Assembly: GCA_036574075.1 (NCBI GenBank)
Contig: JAINCN010000021.1
Span: forward strand, 64,652 to 128,651
DNA length: 64,000 nucleotides
Direction of reading: 5' to 3'
Source: Deltaproteobacteria bacterium
GTDB taxonomy: Bacteria > Desulfobacterota > Dissulfuribacteria > Dissulfuribacterales > UBA5754
Made by a program: the position numbers and the translations under genes. The notes under the pieces are model-generated. The model ran no database searches and had not been told where the DNA came from. It was given only the letters and a program-made list of their open reading frames with translations. Positions 1 to 6,254 of this stretch are shown one piece after another (position 1 is the first letter of the stretch; each line of letters begins with the position of its first letter).

Positions 1-120
1 CATATCCGCAAGGGTCACTCCCTCGACCTCGCCGCAGAAACCCCTCGGGTTTCCCTTAGGAAACGGGAAATCCCCGCATCCCTTTGGAATATCCAGAGTC
101 ACCCTCGAGGCAGCGTTCAT
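1..120 (-). CDS. hypothetical protein, 5' end only (continues off the left edge)
   Basis: The ATG at 120-118 overlaps the TGA stop of the upstream CheB-like gene (ATGA at 117-120). The frame MNAASRVTLDIPKGCGDFPFPKGNPRGFCGEVEGVTLADM stays open to position 1. No motif recognised. Confidence 0.3.
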   Translation of the reverse strand, partial: MNAASRVTLDIPKGCGDFPFPKGNPRGFCGEVEGVTLADM

Positions 121-1244
121 GGCCTGCTCCACTCCTGGATGACCGCTACGAGTTCGGGCAGGAGCCCAGAGCGGGCCTCCACGGCATCCATGACGCTGCG
201 GACGAGGAAAGGAGAAAGGCAGGTATCGGGCCGCTGGACCCAGATCCTCCCCCCTATACGCTCGACTTCCCGGGCCCCGGAGACCCCCTCTTGCAAATCC
301 CCTGAAAGATAGATGGCCAACGTCCCTTCGCTGAAGTGTTCGCTTGCGGAAAAGAGAAGGAGATCCAGGGGGCCTTCGCGATCAGAGAGATTCGTGCGTC
401 TGGTCACCCGCAGGGTCAGTCTGTCCCCAATTTGCTCAAAGGAGGAAATTTCGTCAGCAGATACGAAATAGGCACATCCTCGCTGGATCACGTCCCGGTC
501 ACGGACTCTCCTGAGGGGAAAGGGGGTATATGTCTGGAGATATTCGATAAAAGAATCGAGATACTGGCTAGACATACCAGCTACGACGATGATTGGCTCG
601 CGGGGCGGTACGGTAAAGGCCGGGAAAAGGCCCAGAAGCGAGGCGTATCCGCCAGTGGATGTCCCAATGACGGACACCCCGGCGGGATATCCCGTTTTCC
701 CTGCTGCTTCGAAAGACGGCGACCTAACGGCCGACCTTCCGAGTCTAAGGTAACGTGCAGCCCCCATGCTCACACCTGCAGCCCTCTTCACCTTCATTCT
801 CAGGACAGTCTTCTGCGCTTCCAGGTCCTCGCCTGATTCCTGGGACGGCTTCTGGAAAAAATCAACCGCGCCATAACGCAGGGCGTCAAATGTGATCCGT
901 GCGCCTTCCGAGGTAAAGGCGCTCACCATGAGGGCAGGCAACGGAGAACGTATCATGATGTGCTTGAGGAGGGTGATGCCGCTCATGCCAGGCATATTTA
1001 CATCAAGCGTACACACATCGACGTCACACCGGGCAAGTCTATCCATGGCCGATTGGCCGCTCATGGCCGTTCCGACCACCTGGATCTCGTCGTCATCCGA
1101 AAAGATCCTCTCAAGTACCTTGCACATCAAGGGTGAGTCATCCACGATGAAGACCCGTGTCCTTTTCCCTTTCTCCGGCCGAACAGTCGCGTCTGCAGCG
1201 CACTCCATGCAAGTCCTCCTCATATGCCTTATGAGATATGGCAA
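117..1244 (-). CDS. CheB-like response regulator (REC plus methylesterase-like domain; triad His apparently absent)
   Basis: 375-aa ORF. N-terminal receiver: VFIVDDSPLMCKVLERIF...CTLDVNMPGMSG...KP. C-terminal domain has a GTSTGG nucleophile-type motif, as in CheB GASTGG. AGM occupies the position where CheB has QHM. Confidence 0.8.
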   Translation of the reverse strand: MPYLIRHMRRTCMECAADATVRPEKGKRTRVFIVDDSPLMCKVLERIFSDDDEIQVVGTAMSGQSAMDRLARCDVDVCTLDVNMPGMSGITLLKHIMIRSPLPALMVSAFTSEGARITFDALRYGAVDFFQKPSQESGEDLEAQKTVLRMKVKRAAGVSMGAARYLRLGRSAVRSPSFEAAGKTGYPAGVSVIGTSTGGYASLLGLFPAFTVPPREPIIVVAGMSSQYLDSFIEYLQTYTPFPLRRVRDRDVIQRGCAYFVSADEISSFEQIGDRLTLRVTRRTNLSDREGPLDLLLFSASEHFSEGTLAIYLSGDLQEGVSGAREVERIGGRIWVQRPDTCLSPFLVRSVMDAVEARSGLLPELVAVIQEWSRP

Positions 1245-2230
1245 GGTCCGTCAGACCCCAGGCCCGTCCTCCCACAGGCCGACAGATAAAGCCTGCGCCC
1301 AAAGGCGCCTATCCTTGCCGACACGTCCCTGTCCACGACAAAACGCCTTGCAAGGGGATCGAAGACGTTTCCATCCGCTCCCTCCACGCCGAGCCGGACG
1401 AACATAACGGGCGGATCCGGGCGACAGGAAAGATTCCGTGCGTACTCGATGAAATCAAAGAAGGTCTCTTTGAGACGGAAGCATCCCCCCCCATTCGCTT
1501 CTATTCCCCTAAAACGTGCCCATGGGGCGAGGTAGCAACCGGCCACGCAAATCTCGTCGATCTCTGTGCAACAATACACGGGCCATGCGAAAACATCCTT
1601 GAGTCCAGCCCCGTAGGACCTGACGAGTTCCGGCACCATGTCGAGATGGGCCAAAACCGCAAGGGGCAGGTTTACATCCAGCTGGGAAAGGATCCTCATG
1701 AACTCCGCAGCACCGCCCTTGCCAACCGCTATCACGACCACCCCTGCTGCATGGTGATCCCTCCATCCCCTATCGCCAGCATGGAGGTGCAATCGGGCGC
1801 GCCTGATCTGGGCCGGCTCCACACCGGCGGCGATTTTCACGATCCGGGCCAGGGACTCGGCCTGTTCGTGGATATCGAGGGAGATGGTCCCGGAGGGTTT
1901 TGGGAAAAAATCCACGGCCCCGAGCCTCAGGGCATCCAGGGTGATTGCGCTCCTGTGGGCAAGTCCGCTCACCATGACCACGGGTTTGGGATACCTCACC
2001 ATGATATGCTTCATGGCCGTGATCCCGTCCATGACGGGCATGTCCACGTCAAGGGTGATGACATCAGGGTCGAGAATGGCGACCGCCTCCAAGGCCTCGA
2101 GCCCGTGCCGTGCCACACCCGCAACCTCTATCTCATTATCTCTCGAAAGGATCTCCACGAGGGCGCGCCTCATGAAGGAGGTATCGTCCACAACAAGTAC
2201 ACGGATCTTGCGTGCTGGCGCCTCAGGCAT
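1229..2230 (-). CDS. CheB-like response regulator paralog with degenerate active site (nucleophile Ser replaced)
   Basis: 333-aa ORF. Receiver: RVLVVDDTSFMRRAL...ITLDVDMPVMDG...KP. The C-terminal domain aligns by eye to the CheB fold, but the nucleophile motif is IAVGKGG (no Ser). AHLD and GADG-like positions are retained. It overlaps the next gene by 16 nt. Confidence 0.75.
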   Translation of the reverse strand: MPEAPARKIRVLVVDDTSFMRRALVEILSRDNEIEVAGVARHGLEALEAVAILDPDVITLDVDMPVMDGITAMKHIMVRYPKPVVMVSGLAHRSAITLDALRLGAVDFFPKPSGTISLDIHEQAESLARIVKIAAGVEPAQIRRARLHLHAGDRGWRDHHAAGVVVIAVGKGGAAEFMRILSQLDVNLPLAVLAHLDMVPELVRSYGAGLKDVFAWPVYCCTEIDEICVAGCYLAPWARFRGIEANGGGCFRLKETFFDFIEYARNLSCRPDPPVMFVRLGVEGADGNVFDPLARRFVVDRDVSARIGAFGRRLYLSACGRTGLGSDGPCHIS

Positions 2231-3092
2231 TGAGCACCCCCGACCATTGCTCTATGAGAAGGTCCTTGTCCTGGCGGAGGCGAAGGGCGATCTTCTTTAC
2301 CGTCTCTGGAGCGAGCCCGAGGGATCTCGGAACGAGCACCTTGTCCACCTCGCCATTTATGGTCCAACCGATGCCGAGTTTCTGACACAGGACATCGGCG
2401 AGAAATACTACGCCTACGGCGACCTCGTGGCATCCTGCTCCCTGGGGTCTGTGGTGATAGCGAAGGACATTCGCGAAAAAATCGCTGAGCCCCCACGAGG
2501 CGGCGAGATAGGCCCCAAGCTCGCCGTGGGTGAGTCCGAAGCGTTCCTCGGCCTCGATGAGGGTGATGCCATCCCTCTCCCTGATAGCAAGGATTTCTCC
2601 CAGTTCGTCAGGGAAATACCGGCAGAGGAGAAATCTCCCCAGGTCGTGTATGAGCCCGGCGGTGAAGATTTCGTTAGCATCCACGCCGGGCATGTTTTCT
2701 GCGATCATCTTTGAGGCCTTCGCAACCCCGATGGAGTGGAGCCATAGATCCCGCACGGCGAATCCCTCCATGTCTGCATACCCGGAAAACGCGGATATCA
2801 AAGACAGTCCGATGACGAGGTTTCTGACCTCCTCGAGGCCAAGCACCACTACCGCACGGGCAACGCTGTTGATCCTGCCGGCACCACCGTAGTACGGGGA
2901 GTTCGCAAGGCGGAGGATCTTCATGGTAAGGACGGGATCCTGCGCGACGATCCGTTCAATGTCGAGGGCTGTAGTGCTCTCCATGTCGAGAACATCAAGG
3001 ACCTGGTGGAACGTATGGGGAATCGGAGGAAGATCTTCCCGCAGGTCGAGCCGCTCCGTGTAGGAAACCCCCATGGACATGGACGAGCCCAT
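2223..3092 (-). CDS. HDOD domain-containing signalling protein
   Basis: 289-aa ORF. Typical HDOD N-terminus LPPIPHTFHQVLDVLDMESTTALDIERIVAQDPVLTMKILRLANSPYYG...VARAVVVLGLEEVRNL and HD-like HDLG. Overlaps the downstream CheB-like gene by 8 nt. Confidence 0.8.
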   Translation of the reverse strand: MGSSMSMGVSYTERLDLREDLPPIPHTFHQVLDVLDMESTTALDIERIVAQDPVLTMKILRLANSPYYGGAGRINSVARAVVVLGLEEVRNLVIGLSLISAFSGYADMEGFAVRDLWLHSIGVAKASKMIAENMPGVDANEIFTAGLIHDLGRFLLCRYFPDELGEILAIRERDGITLIEAEERFGLTHGELGAYLAASWGLSDFFANVLRYHHRPQGAGCHEVAVGVVFLADVLCQKLGIGWTINGEVDKVLVPRSLGLAPETVKKIALRLRQDKDLLIEQWSGVLNA

Positions 3093-3492
3093 CCCTTCTC
3101 ATGGATTTACCACTATTATCGACAGGGACGCGCCAGGACTTGAGAAGGGAGCGGATCGTGGCGGCCCTGCGCAAAAACCTGGTCGTTTCGGCCCCAAAAA
3201 ACGGGCAGGACTGATCACACTGCAAAAACCTCGAAATCTGATCCCACTCAAAAAGCCCTAGATGCAAGGCGCGAAATTTTCCAGGAATGAGGAGGGCGAA
3301 TCACGATTCGCCCCTACAGCGTACGCCGCATGGGCTGGAAAATTGAAGCAACGCCGCGAGAATCGGGTTTTTGAGCGGGATCAGGACTTAATCTTCCCCG
3401 CTTGGCTGTTCGATAAGAAAAATAACCCGCACCAGGGACCGGCATCACACGGGCCAACTCCACTCGAGAGGATCCATCCAAGGCAGGAACAA

Positions 3493-3897
3493 ATGAGCGA
3501 TTTTGTCCTTACCATACCTGTTCTCGAAAAGACCCGACGCGAGATCGAGAGCCACCTCATCGACGCAGGGGCACACACGGTCCTCATCGTAGACCAGGCA
3601 GGCAATATCATCACAAGCTGCGGCAAGACCAACAACAGCATCCAGGACTTCACATCCCTTGCCGCACTCACAGCGGCAAACTTTGCCGCGACCTCCCAGA
3701 TCGCCAGGCTCATCGGGGAGGACGACTTTTCCCTCCTTTTTCACAAGGGGAAAAAGGACAGCATCCATTTCACCCGACTCGGAGACGACTTCATCCTCGT
3801 CACTATCTTCGGGGATGACGTCTCCCTCGGCATCATTCGGCTCAAGATCTCTGAACTCATACATAGACTGTCTTCCATCCTCGGGATCAGCGTCTGA
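3493..3897 (+). CDS. mglB: Roadblock/LC7 family protein, MglB-like (putative GAP of MglA)
   Basis: Internal ATG at 3493 of the 3262-3897 ORF. Sequence MSDFVLTIPVLEKTRREIESHLIDAGAHTVLIVDQAGNIITSCG...FTSLAALTAANFAATSQIARLIG is Roadblock/LC7-like. The stop is 2 nt before the mglA start, matching the mglB-mglA order in Myxococcus. Confidence 0.8.
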   Translation: MSDFVLTIPVLEKTRREIESHLIDAGAHTVLIVDQAGNIITSCGKTNNSIQDFTSLAALTAANFAATSQIARLIGEDDFSLLFHKGKKDSIHFTRLGDDFILVTIFGDDVSLGIIRLKISELIHRLSSILGISV

Positions 3898-3899
3898 CC

Positions 3900-4523
3900 A
3901 TGGCCCTTATCGATCTGAGCAAGAAGGAAGTCCACTGCAAGATCGTCTACTACGGCCCGGGACGATGCGGGAAGACGACCAACCTCATCTATATCTATAA
4001 CGCTATGAGCGAAAAGACCCGGGGAAAGATGCTCACTATCGAGACAAAGGGAGACCGGACCCTGTTTTTCGATCTCCTGCCCATCAAACTCGGAAAGGTG
4101 GCAGGCTTTGACATCCGCATACAGCTCTACACTGTCCCGGGCCAGAGCATCTACGAGGCAACGCGAAAACTCGTCCTAAAGGGTGTGGACGGGATAGTTT
4201 TCGTGGCCGATTCCCTCAAAATCAGACAGCGCAAAAACATCGACAGCCTCCTCGAACTCACTCAGAACCTGAAGGAACTAAACCGCACCCCCTCCGAGAT
4301 TCCCCTTGTGCTCCAATACAACAAACGTGATCTCGTCACCTCGCCCATACCGACCCTCAGCATCGAGGAACTCGAGCGTGACCTCAACAACGGGCGGCGC
4401 CTCCCCTTTTTTGAGGCGGCGGCGATCAAGGGTATAGGGGTCTTTGAGACACTAAAGGAAATCAGCAAACAGACGGTCAGGCACGTGGCGAACAAGCATC
4501 TCTTCACCAAACCGTCTGGATGA
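3900..4523 (+). CDS. mglA: Ras-like small GTPase MglA
   Basis: 207-aa ORF. P-loop KIVYYGPGRCGKTTNL, MglA-specific switch II LYTVPGQ (instead of DxxGQ), NKRD guanine-specificity motif, LKGVDGIVFVADS. Close by eye to M. xanthus MglA. Confidence 0.92.
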   Translation: MALIDLSKKEVHCKIVYYGPGRCGKTTNLIYIYNAMSEKTRGKMLTIETKGDRTLFFDLLPIKLGKVAGFDIRIQLYTVPGQSIYEATRKLVLKGVDGIVFVADSLKIRQRKNIDSLLELTQNLKELNRTPSEIPLVLQYNKRDLVTSPIPTLSIEELERDLNNGRRLPFFEAAAIKGIGVFETLKEISKQTVRHVANKHLFTKPSG

Positions 4524-4565
4524 CTAATGCCACGCCAAAGGGGATTACGCCCTGAAGGAGTTTCC

Positions 4566-6236
4566 ATGAACGATAACACACCCATCCGTGACCAGGACGA
4601 TTTTCTAAATGAAATCGATGGATCGATCGACGCCCTTTTCGTTCCGACTCGACATATCGAGATCGATGCCCTGACAAACGAGATAAGAGAAAAGACGCCA
4701 CCGAACGATCCCTCCTCCGATGCATCCCCATCCCATCTGGAGGCCCATTCACCTGAAAACAGGGCTTCAGATACCCCCCTGACCCTCGAGCTGGAACCGG
4801 AGCCGGCATCCACGCCTGAGCAAGGCCCAAAGGAAGTCCCTTACGGAGACAACGGCCCAGCCCAAGAGGTGACTTCTTCGCTCAGCTCCCTTGACAGGCT
4901 CCGCCAAGGCATCCTTTCCATCGATTGGGAGATCTCGGACACCACTCTCAAGGAGGTGGAGCAATCCCTCGAGGCGATCGGCTCCAACGGGGCCTTTGCC
5001 GATTCAGCTGGGGCCCTTGGCATCATCGCCCTTCTCAAGGGTATATCCATGCAGCTCCGGAAGGATGTGTCCTCCCCCTCGACCCATATCGTTCGCGCCC
5101 TTCAGAAAGGGCTTACCGGGCTCGTCTCCATTGCAGAAGGACCGCCTGAAGACAGGGAAAAACGGATAGCCGCTCTCAGGGAAGAGCTCGAAAAGGTCAT
5201 GTTTCCCGCATCCGGCTTGGATATCGCCGAATCCGGCAGTACCCCCCAGGCCCCAGAACTGCAAAAAACCACTCCGCCACAGGGCGTTGACGCCATCTCG
5301 CTTGACATCGAACTGGAAGACGCCATCGATAAGGCCATACAGCCAAAAGCCGACACAAAGCCGATTATCGAGGCCCCTTTGCACCCCGTATCATCTGGCC
5401 CGCTGACTCAGGGTCTCTCCGCCTGCGTCCCCCCCCCACTCCTTACGCCGACCGAAACCATAGCCCATCCAGAGGGTGTCCTCGAGGCGGCCATCCTGGA
5501 ACACATCTCCCGCCTTAATAGGTGGATCGAGGGCATCCAGCCTATAGAAAGGCTTTTCTCCTCGACACGGGGCATGGAAAAGCTCAGCGCCTTCCATGCT
5601 AGGCTCATAGGAGACATGAGGCGCGAACGGGATCGCCTCGCTGGCATACTCGAAGGGAAAACTTATCAGGCGCCTGAACCCTCCTCCGCAGCACCTTCGC
5701 ATCCATCCGCCCCTGCAGCTCCTGTCAAATCGACGCAACCTGCCTCCCCATCCCCCTTGCCATGGAAAAATCTATGCGTCGTTTCCGGAAAAGAGGGCCT
5801 TATCGCACTGGTCCCTGAGGAAATCGCCTTTTCCGGCCCAAGCCCGTGGTGGGTCAGGCGCAAGGCATTTAAAGCCCGGAGCTTCCCCCTGAGGATGCTC
5901 AAACCCTGGCCATGGTCCCGCCTGAACACGCTTTTTACCGGAGAACTCGGAGAACTCGACGCCTCCGCCCTCTCATCAGCCGAGTTTCCCGTCCATCCGC
6001 TCACGCTCTCAGGAGAAAATGGCCCTGCGATTCCTCGGCGGCCCCACATCCTTGTCCTTTACGCACAAGGACGCGGATTGATCCTCTTTCTTGCAGTAGG
6101 CCCGAGGCCTTTTGCCCTCACGTCCGAATGGAGCTGGAATCCAGGCGATTCGTCCGAATCCGGCCCCATTGCCGGAGAACTCAGGCGCGGGGGGGAAGCC
6201 ATTCCTGTTCTGTCCGTCCGGAAAATCCTTACATAG
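4566..6236 (+). CDS. hypothetical Pro/Ser/Glu-rich protein with possible C-terminal CheW-like domain
   Basis: Strong SD GAAGGAG (4554-4560) lies 5 nt before the ATG at 4566; the ORF track starts at 4527. The long acidic/proline-rich linkers have no recognisable family. The last ~150 aa (LCVVSGKEGLIALVPEEIAF...PHILVLYAQGRGLILFLAVGP...IAGELRRGGEAIPVLSVRKIL) resemble the CheW beta-barrel pattern. Confidence 0.6.
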   Translation: MNDNTPIRDQDDFLNEIDGSIDALFVPTRHIEIDALTNEIREKTPPNDPSSDASPSHLEAHSPENRASDTPLTLELEPEPASTPEQGPKEVPYGDNGPAQEVTSSLSSLDRLRQGILSIDWEISDTTLKEVEQSLEAIGSNGAFADSAGALGIIALLKGISMQLRKDVSSPSTHIVRALQKGLTGLVSIAEGPPEDREKRIAALREELEKVMFPASGLDIAESGSTPQAPELQKTTPPQGVDAISLDIELEDAIDKAIQPKADTKPIIEAPLHPVSSGPLTQGLSACVPPPLLTPTETIAHPEGVLEAAILEHISRLNRWIEGIQPIERLFSSTRGMEKLSAFHARLIGDMRRERDRLAGILEGKTYQAPEPSSAAPSHPSAPAAPVKSTQPASPSPLPWKNLCVVSGKEGLIALVPEEIAFSGPSPWWVRRKAFKARSFPLRMLKPWPWSRLNTLFTGELGELDASALSSAEFPVHPLTLSGENGPAIPRRPHILVLYAQGRGLILFLAVGPRPFALTSEWSWNPGDSSESGPIAGELRRGGEAIPVLSVRKILT

Positions 6237-6254
6237 CCTGCTGGTATCATTGCC

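Noticed and set aside
84-305. 73-aa plus-strand ORF at the left edge
   Set aside because: It overlaps the 3' end of the CheB-like gene on the opposite strand and the start of the partial minus-strand gene. It has no SD and no motif.
1238-2233. 331-aa plus-strand ORF (and 336-836, 892-1407, 1884-2714)
   Set aside because: All are antisense to the CheB-like and HDOD genes, which have clear receiver and HDOD motifs.
3262-3492. N-terminal 77 codons of the 211-aa ORF containing mglB
   Set aside because: The Roadblock/LC7 homology starts at the internal Met (3493). The upstream part is unrelated basic sequence in the long intergenic region, so a 134-aa MglB is the expected size.
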